From: Candidatus Flemingiibacterium merdigallinarum
GTDB lineage: Bacteria; Bacillota; Clostridia; Oscillospirales; CAG-272
Assembly (NCBI GenBank): GCA_904386005.1
Contig: CAJFKR010000003.1
Coordinates: 7,587 to 71,586 of the forward strand
Length of the DNA: 64,000 bases
Direction: 5' to 3'
The translations under genes and the position numbers were made by a program. Shown one piece after another: positions 10,718-19,124 of the stretch (the stretch's first letter is position 1; each line of letters opens with the position of its first letter). Under the pieces are notes generated by a model. That model saw only the letters and a program-made list of their open reading frames with translations, was not told the origin of the DNA and made no database searches.

Positions 10718-10745
10718 GCGGTGTGCGGGTATGTGAAAGTCACTA

Positions 10746-10838
10746 TATAATAATGAAGAAAACCTTGAAGTCATACCGACGGCTGCATATTATTATTGCA
10801 TATTATTATAATGAAGAAAACTGTGGTGTTATGCCGCG
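10746..10838 (+). repeat. Imperfect ~33-bp direct repeat (2 copies) in an AT-rich spacer
   Basis: aTAATGAAGAAAACcttgaagtcataccg (10749-) and aTAATGAAGAAAACtgtggtgttatgccg (10807-) share an exact 14-mer followed by a diverged tail. Confidence 0.6.
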
Positions 10839-10914
10839 CTAAATTATATTATTGAATAAAGCCTCAGTACCATGCAAACATATATGATTTAATATTGAAG
10901 AAAGTTGAATAAAC

Positions 10915-11358
10915 ATGAAGCACGTTGATATTTACACCGACGGCGCGTGTAAGCACAACCCGGGACCGGGCGGCTGGGGCGCGATAATTGTCTACAACAA
11001 TGTCGAAAAGGAGCTGTCGGGCGGTGAAGCGCGGACTACAAACAACCGAATGGAGCTGCTCGGCGCGATAAACGCGCTCGAAGCATTGAGGGAGCCTTGC
11101 GACGTCACGCTGACGTCTGACTCAAAATATATGATAGATTCTATAACGAAACGCTGGGTTTACGGCTGGCGCGATCGCGGCTGGGTAAAATCGGACAAGA
11201 CTCCGGCGCTGAATCCCGACCTGTGGGAGCGACTGCTGAAGCTGCTCGAGCTTCACACAGTCAGATTTGTCTGGGTCAAGGGTCACGCCGGACATCCATA
11301 CAACGAACGCTGCGACGCGCTTGCCGTAGCCGAAGCCGAGCACTACCGCAACAGCTGA
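10915..11358 (+). CDS. rnhA: Ribonuclease HI
   Basis: 147 aa. [29 protein letters not shown] and [16 protein letters not shown] match the RNase H catalytic DEDD context. Confidence 0.9.
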   Translation: MKHVDIYTDGACKHNPGPGGWGAIIVYNNVEKELSGGEARTTNNRMELLGAINALEALREPCDVTLTSDSKYMIDSITKRWVYGWRDRGWVKSDKTPALNPDLWERLLKLLELHTVRFVWVKGHAGHPYNERCDALAVAEAEHYRNS

Positions 11359-11433
11359 GCGCGCTTCGCAACAGATATGTCACGACACTTCCGCGTATAC
11401 ATTCGCTGGTTGGAAATGCATTCATAAATAATT

Positions 11434-11486
11434 TACATCGAATTAAGTCGATGTATGTTGCAAAGTATACCAAAATGGTATACAAT
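11434..11486 (+). promoter_or_regulatory. nifS-nifU promoter with two 8-bp-arm palindromes
   Basis: TTGCAA (11458-63), 17 nt, TACAAT (11481-86). The palindrome GTATACCA-aaa-TGGTATAC (11465-83) fills the spacer and -10. TACATCGA-attaag-TCGATGTA (11434-55) abuts the -35. Confidence 0.6.
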
Positions 11487-11596
11487 ATATATGTAAGCAA
11501 AATCAACGTCTTCACACAAAATCCTCGCTATAGCGTGGTGAGTCTGGAGATTGAATATATGATTACAGAAACAATCAAACAACGGGGTGGATAAAT

Positions 11597-12784
11597 ATGC
11601 CAGAAAAATTTGTATATGCGGACAACGCGGCGACGACACGCGTGTCACAATCGGTGCTTGACGCGATGCTGCCATATTTTGGTGAAGAATATGGCAATCC
11701 GTCCAGCCTGCACTCGAAGGGCAGAGAAGCGAGTGCCGCGCTTGGCGACGCGCGGGCAAGAATCGCAAAGCTGCTTGGAGCTAAGGAAAGTGAGATTTAC
11801 TTCACCGCGAGCGGCTCGGAGGCTGACAATTGGGCTGCCAAGGGCGCGGCATATGCCAATCGCGACCGCGGCAGGCATATAGTATCGACAAAAATCGAAC
11901 ATCACGCGGTACTCAATTCACTGAAAGCGCTCGAGCGCGAGGGCTTCGAGGTGACGCTTGTCGACGTAGATCAAGGGGGCAGAGTCTCGCCCGAAGCGGT
12001 AGCGAACGCGGTCAGGGAGGACACTGTGCTTGTTTCAGTCATGACCGCAAATAACGAGGTCGGCACAATCGAACCGATAGCCGAGATCAGCGCGGCGGTC
12101 AAGCAAAAGAATCGAAAGACCTTGATTTTCACCGACGCGGTGCAGGCGGCAGGAACGCTCAGGCTCGACGTCCGTGAGCTCGGAGTCGATATGCTCAGCC
12201 TTTCGGGGCACAAGCTGCACGCGCCGAAAGGCGTCGGCGCGCTTTATATCCGGAACGGAATACGCGTATCGAACCTGATTGACGGCGGCGGACAGGAGCG
12301 CTCGCGGCGGGGCGGAACCGAAAATCTTCCTTATATAATAGGGCTGGCAAAAGCCCTTGAGGACGCGGTCGCCGGAATCGATGAAAACGCGCGGGTCTCG
12401 GCAATGCGCGACCGGCTGATCGACGGGATTCTCGATAAGATCCCGTATACCCGACTGAATGGAGCGCGCGAGCAAAGATTACCCGGGAATGTAAATATAT
12501 CATTTGATTATATTGAGGGCGAAAGTCTGCTGCTCTGGCTCGACATGAACGGAATCTGTGCGTCGACCGGCTCGGCCTGCTCGTCGGCATCGCTCGAAGC
12601 GTCGCACGTATTGCTTGCGCTTGGCGTGCCGGTCGAATCGGCGCACGGCTCGCTGCGACTGTCGCTCGGTCGGGACAATACAGACGACGACGTCGACTAC
12701 ATTCTGCGAGTCCTGCCCGGGATCGTCGAACGGCTGCGCGCCATGAGCCCGCTTTATGAAAAGGTTAACGGCTCGAAGATCTGA
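11597..12784 (+). CDS. nifS: Cysteine desulfurase (NifS/IscS class V aminotransferase)
   Basis: 395 aa. YADNAATT, GNPSSLHS, SGHKLHAPKGVGALY (PLP lysine context) and the active-site loop STGSACSS are present. Confidence 0.9.
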   Translation: MPEKFVYADNAATTRVSQSVLDAMLPYFGEEYGNPSSLHSKGREASAALGDARARIAKLLGAKESEIYFTASGSEADNWAAKGAAYANRDRGRHIVSTKIEHHAVLNSLKALEREGFEVTLVDVDQGGRVSPEAVANAVREDTVLVSVMTANNEVGTIEPIAEISAAVKQKNRKTLIFTDAVQAAGTLRLDVRELGVDMLSLSGHKLHAPKGVGALYIRNGIRVSNLIDGGGQERSRRGGTENLPYIIGLAKALEDAVAGIDENARVSAMRDRLIDGILDKIPYTRLNGAREQRLPGNVNISFDYIEGESLLLWLDMNGICASTGSACSSASLEASHVLLALGVPVESAHGSLRLSLGRDNTDDDVDYILRVLPGIVERLRAMSPLYEKVNGSKI

Positions 12785-12863
12785 CGATGGAGATTTTCGA
12801 AAAAACAGAGAGCATAGAGGTACCGCTCTCAATACATCAACAAATATACGGGAGGTAATATAA

Positions 12864-13295
12864 ATGTACAGCGAAAAGGTAATGGAGCACTTCACGAATC
12901 CGAGAAATGTCGGCGAGCTTTCGGAGGCAAACGCTGTGGGAGAGGTCGGCAACGCGGCCTGTGGAGATATCATGAAGATGTATCTTAAAATAAATGACGA
13001 CAATATCATTGAGGACGTCAGGTTCAAGACATTCGGCTGCGGAGCCGCGATCGCGACGTCGTCGATGGCGACCGAGATGATCAAAGGGAAGTCGGTCGAC
13101 GAGGCGCTCAAGCTGACAAACAAAGCGGTCGTTGAGGCGCTCGACGGACTTCCGCCGCAGAAGCTGCACTGCTCGGTGCTCGCCGAGGAGGCGGTAAAGG
13201 CAGCAATTGCCGATTATTACGACAAGAAGGGGATAGCGCACGACCTGTATCCGCACTGTGACGGCTGTTGTGACACCTATGCAAAAGAGCATTAA
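12864..13295 (+). CDS. nifU: Fe-S cluster scaffold protein NifU/IscU type
   Basis: 143 aa. MYSEKVMEHFTNPRNVG, NAACGD, FKTFGCGAAIA and LHCSVLA carry the three conserved Cys. Confidence 0.9.
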   Translation: MYSEKVMEHFTNPRNVGELSEANAVGEVGNAACGDIMKMYLKINDDNIIEDVRFKTFGCGAAIATSSMATEMIKGKSVDEALKLTNKAVVEALDGLPPQKLHCSVLAEEAVKAAIADYYDKKGIAHDLYPHCDGCCDTYAKEH

Positions 13296-13400
13296 TAAAC
13301 GAAAAATCACAAATATTCAATACGAGATACGCTTAGAATCAAATCAGGACATAAATTTATGGATTTATCCGGAATTCAAACAAAATTATAAACAAGTGAA

Positions 13401-13436
13401 CGGCGGCGTCAGTTTGGGAACGCCGTCGTTTTCTTT
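13401..13436 (+). terminator. Rho-independent terminator after nifU
   Basis: 9-bp stem cggcggcgt / acgccgtcg (one G-U pair), followed by TTTTCTTT. Confidence 0.7.
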
Positions 13437-13677
13437 ATCGTTACATGACGGTCACATGACCGGTAAGTGATTAATAAATATCTGAAATTGTTTACGTCAG
13501 AGATATAAATGCTTACATATAATGGAATAGATTACATTAACAGTCATTAATTTCTTAAAAGGTGATGAATTTGTGCAGTTTGCTTATGCGTAGAAAAAAT
13601 GTCTCAAAAATTGTGTAAAATGTACAATCAAAAGCTCAATTACGTCACAATGTAATAGACGGCGCGGATGAAAAAAC

Positions 13678-13694
13678 GGTAAATAATATTTACC
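13678..13694. promoter_or_regulatory. Perfect 17-bp palindrome, candidate operator
   Basis: GGTAAATAATATTTACC is a perfect inverted repeat around a central A. A near-identical copy lies at 13764. Confidence 0.5.
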
Positions 13695-13763
13695 CAATGT
13701 ATCTTTATAGTATTTTACAATACAAAAGTATACTGAAAATACGGGATATTATCCGGGAAATAA

Positions 13764-13780
13764 GGTAAATAATAATTACC
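13764..13780. promoter_or_regulatory. Second copy of the palindrome (one mismatch)
   Basis: GGTAAATAATAATTACC lies 86 bp downstream of the first copy. Both are followed by CA. Confidence 0.5.
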
Positions 13781-13914
13781 CACGCTTAACCGAACGACAA
13801 GACTCTGACAAGAGACGGCGTTTCGGCTTCAATCGAAAAATGTGAACGGCCGCTCGATGTTTTCAACGGAACATTGACACGGGCTTCAATGATAAAAGTT
13901 TGAAAATACCGCTA

Positions 13915-13943
13915 TTGACTTTTGTCGGGCGTTATGATATTAT
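13915..13943 (+). promoter_or_regulatory. SigmaA-type promoter of the large ABC locus
   Basis: TTGACT (13915-20), 17 nt, TATTAT (13938-43). It lies ~220 nt upstream of the start codon at 14165. Confidence 0.55.
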
Positions 13944-14164
13944 ATTTGTATGAAAAAATCGGTGGGCTGGCAGACGATGAGCATCGGTAATCGAATGTAT
14001 CATAAAGACGCTTTGTTCGCACGATTGGCTCATTGTCTGTCCGCTGTGACCGCGCGTCCACGCATATGTGCCATAAATGCCGTCTCGGCGTTCGGGATAT
14101 TCGCGGCAGGCTGCAAAGCTATTATTTTCCCTTCAAAGTAAATTCTTGGCAGGAGGAAAGGTTA

Positions 14165-17164
14165 ATGAAAAAAACAAAATTGACAAGGTTAATTGCTGTT
14201 TTTTTATCATTGATGATGCTCTACTCCGTGATTGGAGCCGGCGACTTTACGGTTTCGGCTGCTGAGGAAGGCGACGATGAAACGGCCTCATCGACGGTCA
14301 GCTATGATATAGCTGACGTCCAGGACCTGCTCAACGCCGAATCCTACGCCGATTACGCGGAGCGCAACGCGGATGTCCCGCGCGGCACATCAACGATAAC
14401 AATCAACGCGGTTGACTACAACACGGAGCTGACCGACGCCGATGTTGAGGTCGTGAATAATTATAACGGCACCACCGGCAGCGCGCTGCTCACGCCGAAC
14501 ACCGGTTCAGTGGTGTGGGACGTCGAGATTCCGAAGACCGGAAAATACGCGATCGACATCGAGTATTCATTCCCGACCGACGGAAAATCGACCGCGATCG
14601 AGCGCAAGCTGCGCATCGACGGCGAGTATCCGTTCAAGGGTATAAGATACCTCTCGTTTACCAAGGTATGGCAGGATCAGTTCGAAACTGACGAGAACGG
14701 AAACGACGCGTACAAAACCGATATCAACGGCAATGACATCAAGGCTCAAAAGGAAATCGTACCTACGTGGAGAACCTACACTTTAAGCGACTCCACCGGT
14801 TACGACATAGACCCGTATGAGGTAGTCTTTGAGGCCGGCTCGCACACGCTGGCACTCGAAGCCGACCGCGAGGTGCTGGTCATAAAGTCGATTACGATTT
14901 ACCCGTATGAAGACCTTCCTACATGGGAAGACGTCAAGGCTGAATATTCAACTAACGGCTATCAGCCGGCGACCGGAGCCGAACCGATAATTCTCCAGGC
15001 GGAGTTCCCGGACTACACTTCGGACAGCACGATCTATGCCGCAAACGACAGAACCTCGGCTCTCACTCAGCCGCAGAGCTCTTCGAAGTCGCTTCTGAAC
15101 ACGCTCGGAAGTACGAAGTGGCAGTCGGTCGGACAGTGGATTGAGTATTCGTTCACCTGCGAAAAGAGCGGTCTTTACGACATAGTCACACGCTACAAGC
15201 AGTCGGATGTCTCGGGTATGTATACCTCGCGCCGTATTTACATAAACGGCGAGATTCCGTTCGAGGAAGCCAATTATCTTCAGTTCAATTACTCGGATAC
15301 CTGGCAGACCGAAGTCCTAAACAACGGACAGGAGCAGTTCCAATTTTACTTTGAAGAGGGACAGACCTATACAATCAAGCTTGAAGTCGTACTCGGCGGC
15401 ATGAGCGAGATCATCGGTCGGGTTCAGGAATGTCTTACATCAATCAACAACGATTATCTGAAGATACTCCAGATCACCGGTGCTGACCCCGACGTTTACC
15501 GCGACTATAACTTCAGAAACCTGATCCCCGATACTATCAAGGATCTGTATGCACAGTACCTTGAGCTGACCGCGGTTTCGAATCTCATCACCGAGATCAA
15601 CGGAATCAAGGGAAGCAACACCGCAACGCTTGACAACGTCGCGCGCGTGCTTCAGACGATGGCTACCGATGAAGACGAGGTCGCAAGAAATATGGCGACC
15701 TTGAAGAGCTACATCGGTACTCTCGGTACCTGGCTCAACACCGCGACAAACCAGCCGGTGCTCCTCGACTACATCTGCATCCAGCCGTCCGGCGAAGACC
15801 TCCCCAAGGCTGAAGCAAACTTCTTCCAGGCAGCCGGATTCGAAATTACCTCGTTCGTAATGTCTTTCTTCACCGACTACAACAACCTCGGCGCGACCAT
15901 CGAGCTTGATGAAGATGACGTAATCGAGGTTTGGATCGCGACCGGACGCGACCAGGCACAGGTCGTCCGTTCAATGATCGATAACGGCTTCACTTCCCAA
16001 ACGAACATCGGCGTTTCGCTGAAGCTCGTAACCGCGGGTACGCTTCTACCGGCAACCCTTTCGGGCACCGGACCTGACGTAAACCTCGGAAGCGCGCAGG
16101 GCGACCCGGTACAGTACGCGATTCGTAACGCGGTGCTCCCGCTGAACGATTTCGACACCTTCGACGAAGTGACATCGCGCTTCTCCGAAGCCGCGATGGT
16201 TCCGGTAACGCTGTACGGCACGACTTACGGTCTGCCGGAAACCCAGACCTTTAATATGCTCTTCTACCGCAAGGATATCTTCGCGGAGCTTGGAATTGAC
16301 ATTCCTAAGACCTGGGACGACTTGATGTCGATAGTTCCGTATCTTCAGTACAACCACATGGAAGTCGGTCTGCCGAAGGAGCTTGCCGGTCTCCAGATGT
16401 TCCTCTACCAGATGGGCGGCGAGCTTTATGCCGACGAAGGTATGAGAATCAACCTTGACTCAAACGTCGCGCTTGAAGCGTTCGACTATGAGTGCTCCTT
16501 CTTTACACAGTATTCGTTCCCGGTAACCTATGACTTCCCGAACCGTTTCAGAACCGGTGAAATGCCGCTCGGTTTCGCTGACTATATCGGCACCTACAAC
16601 CAGCTGTCGATATTCGCGACTGAAATCCGCGACCTCTGGGAATTCGTACCGATCATCGGTATGGAGGACGAAAACGGCAACATCAACAACGTTTCGGTAT
16701 CTACAATTACCTCGCTTGTTATGATGAACGGCTGCAAGAACCCCGAGAACGCATGGAAGTTCATGGACTGGTACACCTCCGCTGAAACCCAGTCGACTTA
16801 CGCAAACGAGATGGTTGCTATAGTCGGACAGGGCGCGATGTACGCAACCGCTAATAAGGAAGCGCTCGAATCGCTGCCGTGGTCGACGACCGACCTTGAG
16901 AATATTCAGGCGCAGTACAACAACCTCGCCGCTATTCCTGAAATGCCGGGCGGCTACATCATCACTCGTTACGTACAGTTCGCGTTCCTTGACGCTTATA
17001 ACAACAACGCTGACCCTGTAGAAGCACTGCTCGGCTACGTTGATGATATCAACAAGGAAATCACGAGAAAGCGTAAAGAATTCGACCTTGATACCCTCGA
17101 GCTGGGCGAAACTCTGGCTGACAGAGAAGCGGCTCAGAACAATGAGGAGACCACAGCCGAATAA
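14165..17164 (+). CDS. Giant secreted solute-binding protein (999 aa): signal peptide, two CBM-like beta-sandwich modules, helical linker, C-terminal family-1 SBP fold
   Basis: AGGAGGAAAGG lies 5 nt before the ATG at 14165 (the tracked start at 14033 lacks an RBS). MKKTKLTRLIAVFLSLMMLYSVIGAGDFTVSA-AE is a signal peptide. There is an internal duplication (GKYAIDIEYSF...RKLRIDGEYPFKGIRYLSFTKVW versus GLYDIVTRYKQ...RRIYINGEIPFEEANYLQFNYSDTW). The C-terminal ~420 aa is SBP-like (IEVWIATGRDQ..., TWDDLMSIVPYLQ). Confidence 0.75.
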   Translation: MKKTKLTRLIAVFLSLMMLYSVIGAGDFTVSAAEEGDDETASSTVSYDIADVQDLLNAESYADYAERNADVPRGTSTITINAVDYNTELTDADVEVVNNYNGTTGSALLTPNTGSVVWDVEIPKTGKYAIDIEYSFPTDGKSTAIERKLRIDGEYPFKGIRYLSFTKVWQDQFETDENGNDAYKTDINGNDIKAQKEIVPTWRTYTLSDSTGYDIDPYEVVFEAGSHTLALEADREVLVIKSITIYPYEDLPTWEDVKAEYSTNGYQPATGAEPIILQAEFPDYTSDSTIYAANDRTSALTQPQSSSKSLLNTLGSTKWQSVGQWIEYSFTCEKSGLYDIVTRYKQSDVSGMYTSRRIYINGEIPFEEANYLQFNYSDTWQTEVLNNGQEQFQFYFEEGQTYTIKLEVVLGGMSEIIGRVQECLTSINNDYLKILQITGADPDVYRDYNFRNLIPDTIKDLYAQYLELTAVSNLITEINGIKGSNTATLDNVARVLQTMATDEDEVARNMATLKSYIGTLGTWLNTATNQPVLLDYICIQPSGEDLPKAEANFFQAAGFEITSFVMSFFTDYNNLGATIELDEDDVIEVWIATGRDQAQVVRSMIDNGFTSQTNIGVSLKLVTAGTLLPATLSGTGPDVNLGSAQGDPVQYAIRNAVLPLNDFDTFDEVTSRFSEAAMVPVTLYGTTYGLPETQTFNMLFYRKDIFAELGIDIPKTWDDLMSIVPYLQYNHMEVGLPKELAGLQMFLYQMGGELYADEGMRINLDSNVALEAFDYECSFFTQYSFPVTYDFPNRFRTGEMPLGFADYIGTYNQLSIFATEIRDLWEFVPIIGMEDENGNINNVSVSTITSLVMMNGCKNPENAWKFMDWYTSAETQSTYANEMVAIVGQGAMYATANKEALESLPWSTTDLENIQAQYNNLAAIPEMPGGYIITRYVQFAFLDAYNNNADPVEALLGYVDDINKEITRKRKEFDLDTLELGETLADREAAQNNEETTAE

Positions 17165-17193
17165 TCGCAAAACAGTAATCCTCCTGCCAAAAT

Positions 17194-17232
17194 CCGATAT
17201 CCGGTCGGGGAAACCCGGCCGGGGAATATCGG
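17194..17232 (+). other. Intercistronic GC-rich stem-loop with GAAA tetraloop (no U-tract)
   Basis: ccgatat-ccggtcggg-GAAA-cccggccgg-gga-atatcgg gives 16 bp in total. It sits between the binding-protein gene and the first permease gene, where mRNA-stabilising hairpins usually occur. Confidence 0.55.
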
Positions 17233-17279
17233 GCTCTTGACAGTGTATCTACTAAATCTGTTATAAGGAGAGAACAAAC

Positions 17280-18239
17280 ATGTCACAGAACGCAGCGGCG
17301 GTAAACAATTCGCCAAAGCCGACGGCTCGCAAGGACATGACAAAGGCGCAGTGGACGCTGAAGGAAATACGTCGCAACAAAACGGCGTATATAATGATAG
17401 CTCCCTTCATGATTCTGTTCACTATCTTTACTGTCTTCCCTGTTGCGCTGTCGATCATTCTGAGCTTCACGCAGTTCAACTTGCTTGAAGTGCCGGTGCC
17501 TGTCTTCATGGATAACTACATCAGATTGTTCCTTGACGACGATATATTCCTTACCGCCTGCCAGAATACACTCGTATTCGCGGCAGTCACAGGACCGGCT
17601 TCCTACTTCTTGTCCCTGCTCATCGCATGGTTCATAAACGAGCTTACCCCGAAGATCCGTGCGCTTGTAACCCTCGTCTTCTACTCTCCGTCGATTTCGG
17701 GTTCGGTTTACCTCATTTGGGGTATCATCTTCTCGGACGACGCGTACGGTTACGCTAACGCGTGGCTGACCGAGTTCGGTATAATTACCGAGCCTATACT
17801 TTGGTTCCACGATGCAAAATACGTCATGGGTCTTTGTATAGTAGTCGCGCTTTGGACCTCGCTCGGTACCTCGTTCCTTTCGTTCATCGCAGGTCTTCAG
17901 ACCATCGACAAATCGCTTTATGAAGCCGGCGCGGTCGACGGTGTAAGAAACAGATGGCAGGAGCTCTGGTACATTACCCTTCCGACTATGAAGCCGCAGC
18001 TTATGTTCGGTGCGGTCATGTCGATAACCGGTTCGTTCGGATTCGGCGCTATAGTTACCGCGCTCGCCGGTATGCCGTCTGTCGATTATGCGGCGCATAC
18101 GATTATGCACCACCTCGAGGACTACGGCGGACAGCGTTTCGAGGTCGGTTACTCGTCGACTATCGCGGTTGTGCTGTTCGTAATAATGGTCGGTGCTAAC
18201 CTGATAGTCAAAAAATTATTATCGAAGGTAGGACAATAA
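17280..18239 (+). CDS. ABC transporter permease (MalF/LplB-like)
   Basis: 319 aa and multi-TM. EAA loop YEAGAVDGVRNRWQELWYITLPTMKP. AAGGAGAG RBS. Confidence 0.88.
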   Translation: MSQNAAAVNNSPKPTARKDMTKAQWTLKEIRRNKTAYIMIAPFMILFTIFTVFPVALSIILSFTQFNLLEVPVPVFMDNYIRLFLDDDIFLTACQNTLVFAAVTGPASYFLSLLIAWFINELTPKIRALVTLVFYSPSISGSVYLIWGIIFSDDAYGYANAWLTEFGIITEPILWFHDAKYVMGLCIVVALWTSLGTSFLSFIAGLQTIDKSLYEAGAVDGVRNRWQELWYITLPTMKPQLMFGAVMSITGSFGFGAIVTALAGMPSVDYAAHTIMHHLEDYGGQRFEVGYSSTIAVVLFVIMVGANLIVKKLLSKVGQ

Positions 18240-18240
18240 G

Positions 18241-19113
18241 ATGGCAAGATTAAGAACCAGAAAACATAAAGTTGTCCTCAACCGCTCAGTTGGCGGTGAT
18301 ATCGGTATCAACGTTTTGCTCATCCTCATGGGCGCGTTCATGTTCCTGCCGATGCTCTACGTTATAATGCAGTCCTTGAAGCCGCTTGACGAACTCTGGA
18401 TGTTCCCGCCGCGCTTTTACGTTGTAAGCCCGACGCTCAAAAACTTCTCCGACCTGTTCAAGCTGATGAGCACCTCGTGGGTTCCGTTCTCGCGCTACAT
18501 ATTCAACACTGTGTTTATCTCGGTAGCCGGAACGCTCGGCAACCTGCTTCTGTCCTCGCTTGCCGCTTACGCGCTCGCGAAGATAAACTTCCCCGGACGC
18601 GGCTGGATATTCCAGGTCATCGTCCTCTCGCTGATGTTCAACTCAACGGTCACCAGCATTGCAAACTTCTTAACGATGTCGACCCTTCACTGGATTGACA
18701 CCTATCTCGCAATCATCGTTCCGGCATGGTGTACTTCTCTCGGACTTTATCTGATGAAGAACTTCATGGATACCGCGGTTTCTGACGCGGTGCTCGAGTC
18801 CTCACGACTTGACGGCGCGACCGAATTCTACACATTCTTAAAGATAGCGATGCCGATGGTTAAGCCGGCTTGGCTGACACTTATTATCTACTCGTTCCAG
18901 ACTCTGTGGAACGCCGGCGGTTCTATCTACATCTATTCCGAACAGTTAAAGACCTTCAACTACGCAATCAGCCAGATCGTTGCCGGCGGTATCGCCCGTG
19001 CGGGTGCGAGTGCCGCTTCGACAGTTATCATGATGGCGGTGCCGATCACCGTCTTCGTCGTCACTCAGAGTAATATCATTGAGACGATGGGCTCATCGGG
19101 TATGAAGGATTAA
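18241..19113 (+). CDS. ABC transporter permease (MalG/LplC-like)
   Basis: 290 aa. EAA loop LESSRLDGATEFYTFLKIAMPMVKP. It starts 1 nt after the upstream stop. Confidence 0.88.
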   Translation: MARLRTRKHKVVLNRSVGGDIGINVLLILMGAFMFLPMLYVIMQSLKPLDELWMFPPRFYVVSPTLKNFSDLFKLMSTSWVPFSRYIFNTVFISVAGTLGNLLLSSLAAYALAKINFPGRGWIFQVIVLSLMFNSTVTSIANFLTMSTLHWIDTYLAIIVPAWCTSLGLYLMKNFMDTAVSDAVLESSRLDGATEFYTFLKIAMPMVKPAWLTLIIYSFQTLWNAGGSIYIYSEQLKTFNYAISQIVAGGIARAGASAASTVIMMAVPITVFVVTQSNIIETMGSSGMKD

Positions 19114-19124
19114 GGAGGGTAAAT

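Noticed and set aside
10753-10842. 29-codon ORF MKKTLKSYRRLHIIIAYYYNEENCGVMPR spanning the direct repeat
   Set aside because: No SD, odd composition, and it is built from the repeat units. It is probably not a gene.
13950-14164. 63-aa ORF (13950..14141) and the 44-codon N-terminal extension of the giant SBP (tracked start 14033)
   Set aside because: No RBS precedes either. A strong AGGAGGAAAGG lies just before the ATG at 14165, which begins a textbook signal peptide. The upstream part is better read as 5' UTR.
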